From Asterias rubens (taxonomy: Eukaryota), in contig NC_047063.1 in NCBI RefSeq assembly GCF_902459465.1, positions 930,001 through 994,000 on the forward strand: DNA of 64,000 nucleotides, read 5' to 3'. The notes under the pieces are model-generated. The model saw only the letters and a program-made list of their open reading frames with translations. It searched no databases and had not been told where the DNA came from. Below are positions 1 to 13,051 of this stretch, piece by piece; positions within the stretch are counted from its first letter, which is position 1; the number at the start of each line of letters is the position of its first letter. The translations under genes and the position numbers were made by a program.

Positions 1-365
1 ACAAGAATATGGGTTGGAAATGATTACCAGCCATTGTTTTCCAACCCTTCCCCCCAAAAAAAATCAGCACACAATCAACCCACATCCCCCCCCCCCCAAA
101 AAAAAAAAAAAAACACCCTCCAAAAAACAAACCCATGTTGCACAAGTCAAAAGGTTCTGAGAACAAAAAAAAATAACAACTTTGTTTTCTCTTTTTTTTT
201 CATTTAAAGGAATGGTGCAGGGGGAGCGGTAGGGTGGAGGAGGGGGGGGGGGGTACAGGGTAAGAGCATGGTGCATAATTCTTCATAACTCCAGCTGCCT
301 ACCGCATTAAAGCAGCACAAGTTTGGTTGGGCAAAATTTACACTCTTTGACACTTATATGTCATG

Positions 366-3300
366 TCATAACCCATATTTCTTCCCAAGTTTGTCCAACT
401 CTGAAGCCCTTTCAGCTTCAGAGCTCTGCATGTAGCTGAAGAGTTCTTGCACAACTGAAAACAAGAGGGACATGTAAAAGAGTTATTAGTGACATGTATG
501 GGGATCAGATCTGGCAGCAAACTAAGCTACCGAAGTGGCAATAGTTTGTTTAATTTTCACACCTATTTAAATACATGTAGATATAATATGCAGTGAAATT
601 CACTTTGGTTTCAAGTCTACAAAACATCAAAATTACAAAACAAAATCTACACTACTAATTTTGGTTTTTACCCATACACCAATGTGTGTTAGCACTGTAT
701 ACTCAGTACTTTCCCCCGAGTCCTGTGAACAAATATCACAGGCATATTACTCGGGTGGGATTCGCACCTAGACCCTTGCAGATCTAGAGCAGTGTCTTAC
801 CAACTAGACCATCGGGGTTGCCCGGTAGCTAGCTAACACACATCGGTGTATGGGTAAAAACCAAAATTAATATTCTTTAACCCCGATGCAAATTTAACAC
901 AATCTACACTAAAACCACGTAGAGGCTACACAATAACAAATAATCAATAGGCACGTGTATTACGCAAAGAAAACAACAGTGAAGAGTAGCCGACCCCCAG
1001 AAAACATGATTCAACAAGTATTTATGTTTTGTATGGCCGTGATCAGTGGCTTAAATGGGGTAGGGTTGGGGGCTTCAGCCTCTCATCACTTCCCTACTCT
1101 AGTCGCACCCCAACCAAAAAGAGATCAATGGAAACAAATGTCTGAAAAGCAGGACTATGTGGTTAAAAATATTTATATATATATTTTTTTGTTTATCACA
1201 ATGATTGCATCTTGTCATGCTTGTGATGCCAATGGTTGAGAAAAGCAAGACAAGTGGCCCATATTGTGTAGACTTTCCTGAAGACTATTGCTGTGTGGGG
1301 GCAGGGGGGAGTGGGGGCAGGTAAATGGCACTTGGAGCGGGCATATGCCCCCCCCCCTGAGTGCCCCTCTTTTTTATGAGTACAGCATACATCCCTCCAC
1401 TATATTGCACCTACCTTGTTTATCTTTGGATGACATGAACATGATGTTCATTTCAAATCTTTTGACCTGGGAGAGGTTCTCCAGGATTTCATAGACACGT
1501 TCTCCTTGTCTGTTTACAAACACAAACAAGACATGTCAGTATTTCAATTTGGGTAACCAAACATGAAACAAAACAATGGGTATTATTATTATTAATTTTA
1601 TTATTATTTAATGTACCGTTAAGTTAACCATGTTTATATCTAGTTGAAAAAGTAAACATAAGTTTAATTGAGTTTATGGCAAAAAATGCAGTTTAACTAC
1701 TTGAAATAATAAATAATAAAAAAAAAGTGAAATAAATATCTAACAAATTAAATAATTAACCAAATGACTCAACAACTCAATGCCTAAATACCTAACAGTC
1801 TAAATAAATACATTAAATACAATACAAAAGTGAAATAAATATCTAACAAATTAAATAATTAACCAAATGACTCAACAACTCAATGCCTAAATACCTAACA
1901 GTCTAAATAAATACATTAAATACAATACATACCTGTATACATTAATCAATTAATAAATCAATCAATAAATAAAACAAATTTTATGCAGTTGGTTTATAGC
2001 TTGGTTTAACACTAGACGACAAAAATGAAAGACAGTTTAATATTACAAGTTTTTCAAAATTAGGGACCATCTCTATTTCTGACATTGGAATTCTCATAAA
2101 TAGCGACAGTCCCTAGAAAATATGCACAGTTAGAAGGTATGGATTTTTTTCTGCTCCATTACAGAACAACTGTTTTTTTGTAACACTTGACATTCGCAGA
2201 ATGGGGCAAAAACTGTTTCAATTAACATACAATATATTAAAACCAAAACCTAGAACAGTCAACATTCATTATGCAATCAGGGAGACTTCAGACAACAATC
2301 AGGGAATTACATGTGAAATGAGAAGTCTCCACAAAACAAACTGTCAAAAGATAAATATACTCTGTGGAATAAAACAATATAGTAAGACAAGTTCTCAGAA
2401 GAAAATAATCTACCCTGCAAGTAGATATACACATGGTGTTACAACAAACCAAATATAAATTTGGCCGTCAGCAAATATACATTGCTACCTCACCATGTAA
2501 TGCCTCATGTGACATAGTAAGCAAAAATTATCAACAATCAGGGAGATTTTACAATCAAATTTCAACAAAATAGCATGGAGGAAAACTTCACAAATATAAT
2601 CATACAGAACAAAAGGAACAATGATAAACAGATAATTTAGTTTGAGTGATTCTGATTTAGTTTCTGCTGAGCAAAAATGAACATGATACCAGTCACACAT
2701 AATACATTATACATATTATTTGGCCTGGTAACCTTATTCCGGTAAGCATACTTTTGTTGTGATTTGCTACTTTTTGTGCTTAAGCAGCTCTATGAAATTA
2801 GGCCAGAGACTTAATGCAAGGTAATGACTTACTTGATAAACTGGTCTTGTAGAAGATTTAAAATCTTCATCAGTAACGTTGAATCCAAAGACTGCTGGAA
2901 TAGCTTCTTGTAGGACTCAGGGGAGATTTTCTATGTTAAGAAAAACATTAAGAACATGAAGAAAACTAGAGATAAGAAAATGATGCAGTACTGCCCTTAA
3001 TTCACAAACAATTGAGATAGGTGCTCAGCATGTAGTAGTATCGTCATAAACAAATGGTCAGATTTGTTATTAGGTGCATTCGATTAGGGGCATTTGGGGC
3101 TGGCCCGAGGTGCACTGACATCACCACGAGAAGGGCGAGTGATCGTTCGATTAGCTCATGACAGGGACTCAACCGGATGCGTATTTTGTTTTTCCAGGAA
3201 GAACTTGGGGTAATTGTCTGCCCACGTTCGTCCTGGAAAACAAAATACGCCAGCCGGATGAGCACACCTGGGTCGACTTGGGGAAGCTACCCAGAAAGAT

Positions 3301-6300
3301 TTTTTCAAGAAACTGAATACACAAAATTTAAAATTTACGTTGCATATTTCACGCATCACATTTTGTTTTCTTTCATTTATTCAGAATACGAAGCCAAAGA
3401 AACTTTAAAAAGCAAACTTATTCTCTGTACTAGCCAAGAACCCCAGGGAGACAGGGTTCCAAATTAGCAGAATTGGGAGAGCCAGACTAATTTGTACATG
3501 CTTGCAAAAATTTTAACTCGCATTTGGTAAATACCTCTGCATTCACAAATAAGTCTGATTCTCACCATAGAGCAATCTATAGCGAGTAGTGAAAAACAAT
3601 TTCCAGGGTTGTAAGACGCACGGTGGGGTCTACTCTCAACCTCTAGTTTATAAATACAATCTTGAAATAATAAAAACACATTGTTTTGGCCGCACAATTT
3701 TTTAACCAATCATGTCGCCAACCTATAGTAAAATCGCAAAGATTTCATTGCAAAAGAAAATCTTAGAACTGATCCTCAAATCGCAAATCATCAGGGGACA
3801 AGATCGTTTCTAGAACTTCGCTTCTATTGTCTTTTGTTTTGTTTTGTTTTGACACTTAGACTGCTATGCCAACTTAGCTTACCTTGAAATACTGGTAAAG
3901 TTGCTCAGGGAATCTCTCCAGTGACTTCCAATCAGCCTGTAACTGGTAGGACGATGACGGGGTACCAGGCACATTTGGAATAGTATCTGTAGGCGGAGTT
4001 GGTGTGGATGGAGGAAACTCAGACCGATGGACTGGTGCCCTGTTGGGTAATGATTAAATGATTATAAAGTATTCATAAATACCACAGACAGTTTCTCTAC
4101 TCCCATTGGGGGTGTTTAAACCTGGAACGAAAATCCTTGACTTAAGAACATTCGATTGAACATCGCTTCTTTGACGTCAAACCACACTTTATAATAATAA
4201 TAATGACCAATTGTTTTTAAAGCGCTTCTCACACCCGCTTCTCACACCCGAATGGCATCTCAAAGGGCTTCCAACATTATTACCCCTGGTCACTGGGCCT
4301 TAATTAATTCCTTAAACCATTCAGCTCCATGGGGAGTATACAGCCTGTGCAACATCAATATGCGCTACTCGGCTAAATCAACCACAAGAACCATCTCTGC
4401 CCTCACAGGTACCCATTACCCCTGGGCGGAGAGAAGCAACTATAGTTAATTGTCTTTCTCAGGGATACAAGTGTCATGACAGGGATTCGAACCCACACTC
4501 TGCTGAACAGAAGCGCCACAGCTTGAGTTTGGTGCTCTTATCCTCTCGGCCACTTACCCTTTATTTTGTATTGGAGTAACTACCCTGTGGATGTCAGCTG
4601 GGTCCTGGGGTATGTCAAGGGTTGTCTTTGTCTCCTCTTCATCTCTAGTCAAAGTTCCTATCTCCTCAATAACCATACGCCTCAAGGGTTTCTTCAACGT
4701 TTCAAAAGCAATTAAAGAGTCAATGGAGTTCACAGTATTATTATTAATTCGGCCAAATTCTGATAAAATCATACAGACATACATGAGAGCGAACCGATGA
4801 TTCATCATAGAATAGGATAGGTAACAAGATGTTTAGTTTATAAATGAACAGACTGAAATTACAAAATGGATTTAAAAAGCCAAAGTAAGGGGCTGAGGAG
4901 AGGAGGGAAGAGAATGGGTATTGGTGTAAAGAGAAAACATTTAAAGTTCAATAAATATTCTTTTAAAGCAGCAATTGAACACAGGTTAAAAAAAAGAGGC
5001 TAATTATTACATTTATAATATCTCATAGGCAATAAAAACCATGACAATCAGTCCACTTAATATTCAGGCGGACAAGAACTCAGTTTACACATTACACCGA
5101 CAAAATGCGAAGCATGAAGATTTGAGTTTGGGGATGACAAAAATAGAAAATGGCAAGAATAATGTTTGAGCCACACAATCATGCACATACACCACTGAGG
5201 CAACCCACAAGGAAAACAGACAGTATGAAAAAACACACAACCTTTTACAAGCAGTCATACAGGCAGACTGGTAAACAACCAATAGCAAAGTTAATAGACA
5301 GGCAAACAGTGAAAACTGGTACTGAAAAACGATATAGAAAATGAACAATCAATAAATGTAATGTAACAGACAATCAATGTAGCAATCAAGTTTACCTCCA
5401 GCTAGCAGGTTTACAAAAACAATTCAGCATAAAAGGTGTAATACAAATATGGCTTATAAGAATTGGCAGGCTAACATTACTGATTAACATTACATTCAGC
5501 TTAAAGGGAGGTAAATAGTAATAAAAGATAATTTCATCTAAGTGTTCACCTTTGACCTCAAATGGACTGGTTTGTCAACAGCAAGTATTATGTTATACAC
5601 TCCGTCTAGTTTCTGCCTCTCTGTATCTTCCCTTTCCTTTATTATTCTAGTAATCTTGTATATCTCTGTAGCTGCTTGTTTGTTACTGGGCTCCAGGTTC
5701 AGCACTTGCCGATAGTCTGTGAAGGCAAAACACCAAACATCTAGTGAGAAATCCTGATGAAGGTCAGTCAGCATTTTGACCCAATTCACCACAGCCCAAT
5801 TTTTGGGCTCTGCTTACCGCATGCAAAGAATCAGCGTTTACAGAAGCAGGGAAGTATGCGCTTATACCAAGCGTATTTCACAGGTAAGCAGGGAAGTTTT
5901 GCTAAAGCAGCTGCATACTCCATGTTAATAGACATTCTTCGCTTACACAGCTGGCGCGCAGAAATTTGGCGCTTGCACAGTAATCAGAAAATGGTGATCA
6001 TAAGCGCAGATGTCGGCGGTAAGCTGTGCCATGAAATTGAGCCCTGATGTCATCAACACAATAATCTTGGTTGCTCCATTTTTCTTCCAATATGGCAAGC
6101 ATGGCAGACAGTAAGATACGACATTGGTGCAAGGAGATAATAGAATTGCAAACCTCCCAAAGACAGATTAGCGTTCATCCTTAAAGGAAGGGTCTTAGAT
6201 TTGGAAATATATGTCAAACATAAATTACCATACAAACTAATATAGTAAGAAGCACCACAGCTGTTGATGGCATAAACTATTTTGAATCTAAGAGAAAATT

Positions 6301-9300
6301 TATGCTTGGATAAAGGGAGAACGTTTCAGAGAGAACACTGCTTGGTCATCAGGCGAACAAGCGTTAAAGCAACAAGGATGCCCAGAAAAACATCCTTAGC
6401 AACAGCCACAGTTACCAAATCAAACAGGGTCTTCTTCTGACCTACCTTTCGTGGCTTCTTCCAATCTGCCTAGCTCAAACCGTGCCGCTGCTCTCCTGGC
6501 ATAAGCCTTAACGTATGTGCAGTCAATGGAAACAGACTTGTCACAGTCCTTCTCTGCATCTTCATACCTAAGGTCAATAATAAAAGATCTTAAGAAAAAT
6601 TGAAAAGCTCAGACAGCTCAGGAGTTCCAAAAATATACCTCAATAGCAGTGTGGTTTAATCAGTTAAGTGACAGTATTTTTTAATGCATGAGGGCGCTTT
6701 CAACAGCAAATATTACAGCAAATTGTCTCAGGTCATATCTGAATTGGAGGCTGAAGGGCCATACAGTTTGTCTATTCACTATGGTATCACCTTGTTGCCA
6801 TATTTGTTGAGTCAAACCACTAGTCGAGTTCGAGTGAAACAAAGACATTGCATGCGTGATTTAAATGGCTAATAAGGTCAGCACCTATACTTGCTCTAGT
6901 GTCGGGAAAGTACCGAGTATACAGTGCTAACACACATCGGTGTATGCAGAGCTGCCAACATTGGTTTTTGAAAATTAGGAAGATTTTATTTTTAAGTCAG
7001 AAAGACTCAATCTCAGCACGCGTCACGACGATTTTTGCGGACATAAAAACCAATATTCATGTACAGACATATACATTTGAAATATTACTAAAGAATATTG
7101 CTGTTTATGTTTTAAATGTTTTGCACATGTTTCTAGTTTTGAAGCACTGTCGGGTAACATTCGTCTAAAAAGAGGACCAGCATGGTCAGAAGATGCAGCG
7201 TTTAAGTTATGTTCAATTATAAACCCTGTGAATAAAGTTTCCGCCTTTATTATACTGCTGTCATCAGAGCCCGATTTTCTAAAAAAATCTGCAATGCCTA
7301 GCGTGTTGGATCGTGCTGTTGCACTACTGCAATGTTTGTCGGAATCTATGTGTCTCAATATGTCGTTTCGTCCGCCGTATTTCACAGATACCTCTGAATT
7401 GCACGTAGTGCAAAAGGCATGGTTTTCATCCTTTGATGATTTCTTTATACAAGGCCATTCTTTGTGGTAGTCTTCTTTGTATTTTTGAGCGTATTTAATT
7501 TTCTTCACCGACTTACCAGTTGCTCTGCTGGGCGGCGCCATTTTGCTTTACATTCCCAACCACGTTCCCAGTGGTGTACGATGTAGCAGCGTCATTTGCT
7601 CAATCGTGGGCAGTGCGTCGTAACGATCCCACACGAGTATACGCCACTGTAAGTGCAATCATCTATTCCAGGGGTTAGTGACGAGAGGTATCGATATAGC
7701 ACGCTACCCATGGTGGCGAGGTTGATCAATGCTCGCACATGTATGGATGCGCAGAAGACGAAACTAGGGTTAGAACAACTTTTTCTGCGCATCTATGCAA
7801 TTAAATATGCACGCGCGCAAACGTTATACACACACGGGCCATGGCGGAGGGCTAGGAAATTCGTCAATTTTATTATTTTTTCATTAACAGGTTGGGGATC
7901 CGGGAGATTTTGACTGCTTGCGGGATGACGGAAGATTGCCGTCAAATACGGGAGTCTTCCGCAAAATCCAAAAGAGTTGGCAGCTCTGGTGTATGAGTAA
8001 AAACCAAAATTAATATTCTTTATCCCCGATGCAAATTTAACATCTATTATATATCGTTGCGGTACCCGCTGCCAAAACATAGGATTCAAACTGCCTCTAG
8101 CTCCCGAGCGATGTCGGTAGCCTAGTTGGTAAGACACTGCTCTGGAATTGCAAGGGTCGTGGGTTCACCAGAGTAATATGCCTGTGATATTTTTTTCACA
8201 GGACTCGGGAAAGTACCGAGTATACAGTGCTAACACACATCGGTGTATGGGTAAAAACCAAAATTAATATTGCTCTAGTCTGTTGATCTTTTTACCTCTT
8301 CTGTTTGAGTCTTGCCATGGCTCTATTGGCTGGTAGTATAGCGTTGGTTGGATCAGCCTCCATTCCTGCAGTGTAGCATATAACAGCGTCATCATAGTTG
8401 CCTTTCTTGAACAATGCATTGCCCTATAATATCAAACATAACAATTTCAGATGGATTGGAAGCTTGCGTGAGAGGAATAGAATGTGATTTGGTGAGGTTT
8501 GCTGTAACACCATTGAAATAATCCCTTACAATTTTTTGTTGATCATTTATGATAATTTCCAGAGAAATCAATCTTCATATTGTTCGGACGTGTCTTGACC
8601 AAGCGGTCTAGTGCATCGGGCTCAATGTCTGTTGGCCAAGTCATCGGTTGTGGGTTCGAATCCAGGTTTTAAATTAACATTTAAGCCCTTATCCCACTCT
8701 TTTATTACCTTATTAATGTTTACCATACCTTGTCTTTCTCCATACTGGCTTGTTGGATTCTGCGTTGCATCTCTAGTTCTCTTTCTTCCTCACTATCTAT
8801 TTCTATTCGCTCATCCTCATCCTCGTTTACGTCTGCCGGCAAGTCTTCATCACTATCCAGCTCTGCACATGCTTTGTCCTAATAGATATCAGCAAATATC
8901 GATTTGTATACATAAATGGAGACCATTCAGTATATTACAATTCCCAACAAAAAATGGTTTTACAAAGCTCATTTTAAGGTCATAGACTGGTGGAATTTCT
9001 GAAAAATAGCTGCGAGCATTTAGGGATAAAAGTTGGGAACTAGCCTTTTTTCATAAATATTTTCTGGTGTGCTGAATCCGATAAAAGCGGTTCCCAAGTG
9101 CATTTTTTTGTTAAAGCATAAACAAAATGGCCACAAAATTACCAATTCTGGTCCATTCTCACCTAAATTTTTGGCAATAAGTCTTGTAACCAGACGGCAA
9201 AAATGACAATTGAAAGACCTTTTCCTATGTTTTGAAGGTCTGAAGAAATGGATGAACATATTTTGGACATTTTGCAATATTTTAACGGGAGGTAAGAGAC

Positions 9301-10817
9301 TTGCAATTTTGTCCCAGTTTATGAGGACTCTATTGAAAAATGAGTGCAACACAAAACTGAATTTGATTTTGGAGCCCCTCTATAGTAACACATCACTAAA
9401 AATGAAAGATGTTGGTCACATACCACATCAAACTTGTCCCACGTCCTGTAATCATAGGCTTTGATTCGAGACTTCCCAGGAGGCGTTCCATTCTGGGGTT
9501 TCTTGGCCTCAGATTGTTGCTTTGAGCTTGGTGGTTTCTTCTTCTTCTTGTTGGGTTTCTTCTGATGTTGGTTTCTCACAGGTGGAAGGGACTGAAACAA
9601 TGATAAACAAATAAACAATTAATCTTTACAAAAGAAAAAGAAGAAGAAAAAAAAGGGGGAAGAAAAATATTAAAATGAAACATTCGCAGGTATAAAGGCC
9701 GGGTTCAATTTCACAGAGCTGCTTTCAAGCAGAAAATAATGCTTAACAATTTTATGCTTTAATACAGTGCTAACACACATCGGTATGACACTGCTCTAGA
9801 ATTGCAAAGGTCGTGGGTTGGAATCCCACCTGAGTAATATGCCAGTGATTTTGTTCACAGAATTCGGGAAAGGACTTGGTAAACAGTGCGTACACAAATC
9901 GGTGTATTTGGGTAAAATCCAAAATGAATATAGTTTTATGCTAAAGCAAGAAAGACTGGACAAAAGTCACAGATATTAGATGTGAAAACAAACATTATGG
10001 CTTGTAATTTGTGTGAGCATGCTTGTTTGTGCCGAGCTACTTTTTGAAACCTTGCTGCAAAGTGAATAAAGGAGAACGCAGGCAAATTTGGTTATCCATG
10101 GTTAAGGTATTGGTAGGAAAATTAGAAGATGTATGATTATGTTCTCTTCCCTAAAATAATAGTGTGGCATCAACACAAATACTCAAAAAGCAAATTATTT
10201 TCTTCATCCCTGATGCAAAACTACAAATAACGTTTAAATTGTGCTGCTACACATGGGATTTAGACTGCCTCTGGGACCTGGCTTCAATCCCAGCCATATC
10301 TAGTTGTGCCCCTGCCCCCTTCTAATGTTGATTCCAATTGGCGGTATTCTTCTGCATTACAGTCAACATTGAGCAAGGGAACAGGGGGCGGGGAGACAAT
10401 GTTTTCAGTGGGATGTGGACTGGGAATGGTTTTATATAACGTTAGGAATGGGTGGCCCAAGCACTTTGGCCAGGATTGTAGCTAGGTGGTCTAGAGGTAA
10501 GACATCTGCTCATAGCAATGCAAAGTTCTTGGGTTCGAATCCCACCCAAGTGATTTGCCGTTGGAGTTTTTTCACAGAATTCAGGAAAGTACTCAGTATA
10601 CTGTGCTAAAAACATCCAACAAATATCCTTTACAATTTAATAAATTAATTTGCAGTTATGCAGAACTGACCTTGTCTTCGGTAACTTGATCTGATTTTAA
10701 GGCTTCATCTTTCTTGGAGATGTCTGAACTCCAATTCTTGAGGTCTCGTAAGTAATCCTGCAGATCGTTATTGTCTCTATGCATCTGTTGTTGAACTGCA
10801 AAGAATTTCTCCCCCAT
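366..10817 (-). CDS. RPAP3: RNA polymerase II-associated protein 3 (R2TP co-chaperone), 11 coding exons, 484 aa
   Basis: Exons, all GT-AG with consistent phases: 10817-10671, 9591-9424, 8878-8729, 8423-8296, 6567-6446, 5716-5550, 4691-4558, 4039-3883, 2930-2833, 1509-1415, 454-366 (1455 nt). Translation has an RPAP3-like N-terminus (MGEKFFAVQQQMHRDNNDLQDYLRDLKNW; RIKAYDYRTWDKFDV), a TPR domain (KGNALFKKGNYDDAVICYTAGMEADPTNAILPANRAMA...YVKAYARRAAARFELG), KPLRRMVIEEIG, and the C-terminal RPAP3 domain (SSYQLQADWKSL...KRFEMNIMFMS...KKYGL*). Confidence 0.93.
1725..1928. repeat. Tandem duplication, 2 x ~103 bp
   Basis: Identical unit AAGTGAAATAAATATCTAAC...TTAAATACAATAC starting at 1725 and 1828. 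Confidence 0.9.
4290..4556 (-). mobile_element. tRNA-derived SINE
   Basis: Head with A box (TGGCCGAGAGG) and B box (GGTTCGAATCCC), then CATGACACTTGTATCCCTGAG. Related copies at ~25085-25345 (-) and ~28486-28770 (+). Confidence 0.7.
6947..7988 (-). mobile_element. Internally deleted hAT-type DNA transposon with transposase N-terminal fragment
   Basis: TIRs CAGAGCTGCCAAC (6947) and GTTGGCAGCTCTG (ends 7988); target duplication GTGTATG (6940-6946, 7989-7995). ORF 7541-7023 encodes a BED-like Zn finger (FCTTC...DILRHIDSDKH) and AETLFTGFIIEHNL...DHAGPLFRRMLPDS, typical of hAT transposases; truncated. Confidence 0.8.
8110..8270 (+). mobile_element. Second tRNA-derived SINE family
   Basis: TAGCCTAGTTGGTAAGACACTGCTCTGGAATTGCAAGGGTCGTGGGTTC...GGACTCGGGAAAGTACCGAGTATACAGTGCTAACACACATCGG. 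Copies at ~686-900 (-), ~9790-9935, ~10483-10610 and ~36980-37340. Confidence 0.7.
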
Positions 10818-11143
10818 TTTTGCTGGTTCCAATATGAGACAACTTCAAAGAAAAAAAAATATTTGCAGAGTTGTACACATGTATCTGGGGAGGCCTGTAT
10901 TCCTTATGATCAGGTAGTGTTGAGAAGAGAGTAAACTAGCCAACTTTGTTGAGCTATGGCTATCTTTTAACATCAGTGACTGATGTTAAAAAGACTGAGT
11001 CTTTTTATAGTCGCATTACAGCCCACCATCTGTATATGGATCCAAAGAGTAAGTTTTCAAAGCACGTGCAAGTAGTACCACTTTGATTGAAAATTTCTCC
11101 GCACTTAACAATCCAATTATTACTCCAGGGTACTGGTCAGATC

Positions 11144-11262
11144 GGTCCGAGGTTAACTTGGTTCGAAGTCAACTCGGTTCGAAGTCAACTTGGTCCGAAG
11201 TCAACTTGGTTCAAAGTCAACTTAGAACTAGGTTCACAATCAAATCGGTCCGAAGTCAACTC
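11144..11262. repeat. 16-bp minisatellite
   Basis: Five tandem units of GGT(C/T)CGAAGTCAACTT-like sequence plus one displaced unit. Confidence 0.85.
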
Positions 11263-11768
11263 AGTGCAAGTAAGCAGTTTCCCTTTGCAGTTTGTGTTTG
11301 AATTTTTTTTTATTTTTTTTTAACACAAACCTGATGTTTAATTTAAATTTTCAAGTTGAATTTTTTTTTTTTTTTTAATTCCTTTTTTCGGACAGATGTA
11401 TCTTCAGACCAAGCTTAATACCTTAAAAAAGCCCAAGCATTCTAAGTCCAACCAACTTGTTTAATTGTTTCCATAGTTTTATAATCACTCTTCATGTCAT
11501 AGACTCATTAGTCATACACACAACTACTGTCAGCGACTTAGCATGCATGCAGTCAGTAGTAGTGTGCGTGTTTTACAAAAAGTTAACTCTACTGCTGTGT
11601 ATCGTGTAACCAACCCCATCAAAACAACTCAAAACTGGCACAGCTGTGGTTAGCCCCAAGTAGTGCCATGGAGTAAGCTGTGGTACTTGTAACCAGGAAT
11701 AAAATACCTTCGTGAATTATACGGAATAAAGTAGCAAAACACATGAAAAAGATGACGACCATGCTTAC

Positions 11769-12123
11769 CTTTTCCGCACAGAGTTTTTGAGTTTTTGGAC
11801 GTAGACCGATGTCAACGACCTTGAGCAAAAGCGCCCTCTGTTGTCAGTCAGTGACATTTTTGTTTAACCAATCGTGTCTTATTCCTCGTCTCTAGTGCGA
11901 AACTTTGTATAAGAAAACGTTAATTATTATAACGGTAACAGACTATCGACTGGTACTTTCGTATCTTCCGTACACACAATACTCAATAGTAACTGCACAG
12001 ATTCTGAGATTGTGAGAAAAAAAAGTAGGGGAAAACAACGATGAATTGAGTCATTTTCTTTTTAAAAGTGGGCTGGATATGAAGTTACTTTAAGTTTACG
12101 GTGGAGCGTCTTCGTAGCTTCAG
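11769..12123. promoter_or_regulatory. Bidirectional RPAP3/TMEM168 promoter with flanking non-coding first exons
   Basis: Minus-strand donor AG|GTAAG ending an exon at 11769 can splice to the acceptor at 10822 just before the RPAP3 ATG. Plus-strand donor CAG|GTATCT at 12123 can splice to the acceptor at 13717 before the TMEM168 ATG. A CCAAT box lies near 11868 and a CTCF-like GCGCCCTCTGTTG near 11831. TSS positions are not observable. Confidence 0.55.
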
Positions 12124-12929
12124 GTATCTTATTTAATTAAACTTTTGGACGTGAATCTCATGTCACCTTTTCCATCCATTCATTTGTTTTTCATTATTTA
12201 ATTTAAAAGAAAAAATACATAAAAACCATTGCATTTGGCTAAAATATCGTTTCCGGTCGCCACTTTAGTTTATCTCCTTTTAATTTATGCCAAGTTATAA
12301 GGATTGACATTGACGGGAAGTAAAGAGAGAGGAACAGGCACTTTGAACTATTTTAAATAATGTTTAAAAAATCACAGGACATTTTAAATTGTTCAGCCTC
12401 GGGTGCTTGTTAATGTTTTGTTTGTTATATTTTGTTTGTTTGTTTGTTTGTTTAGATGATCTTCCCATCAAGGGAACTAGGCAAGCTCCCACAAGGGGAT
12501 GTAAACACCACCAAGCTGGCAACAACCAATCTCTCTCAAACATTGGTTTAATGTCTATGATTATGTCATAATTTATGAATTGCACAAATTAATCAAGAAA
12601 TTGTGATTCATTAACTAGATGACAATAAGAATATTCTAGTCATTGTGAAATCAGCGGTTAGCTGGGGGATTCGAACCCACAACCTTGTGATTGCAAGTCG
12701 TGCAGTCTAACCACTTGACCACGGTGACATTGTATTGTCGAGTTGATTTTCTTTCATATTAATTATTGTTTGTCACTTATTATTGAACTCCCAACAACTA
12801 TGTAGTTTTACATGGTTATAAACTAAAGTTAACTAAAGTTCAATTCATAATGTAATGTTTATCGTCCATAAAATGGAAATTTGCTTTGTCAAAAATGCTC
12901 ATAACATTAACAGCAACAATATGGATAAC

Positions 12930-13051
12930 TTTCCGTATGGCACCACCACTTTTTCACTCATTTTTACTAAAAGGGATATCTCATTGAGGTATTAAAATTA
13001 TATACTATATTATTTCATATCGAATAAAAAAGTGGTGGCGCCATACGGAAA
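12930..13051. mobile_element. Small inverted-repeat element
   Basis: TTTCCGTATGGCACCACCACTTTTT ... AAAAAGTGGTGGCGCCATACGGAAA. Confidence 0.6.

Noticed and set aside
50-255. C, A, T and G homopolymer runs and the 64-276 ORF
   Set aside because: Low-complexity region downstream of RPAP3, possibly low-quality sequence.
12655-12727. tRNA-like sequence on the minus strand
   Set aside because: A and B boxes are present but the anticodon stem does not pair; treated as a SINE head.
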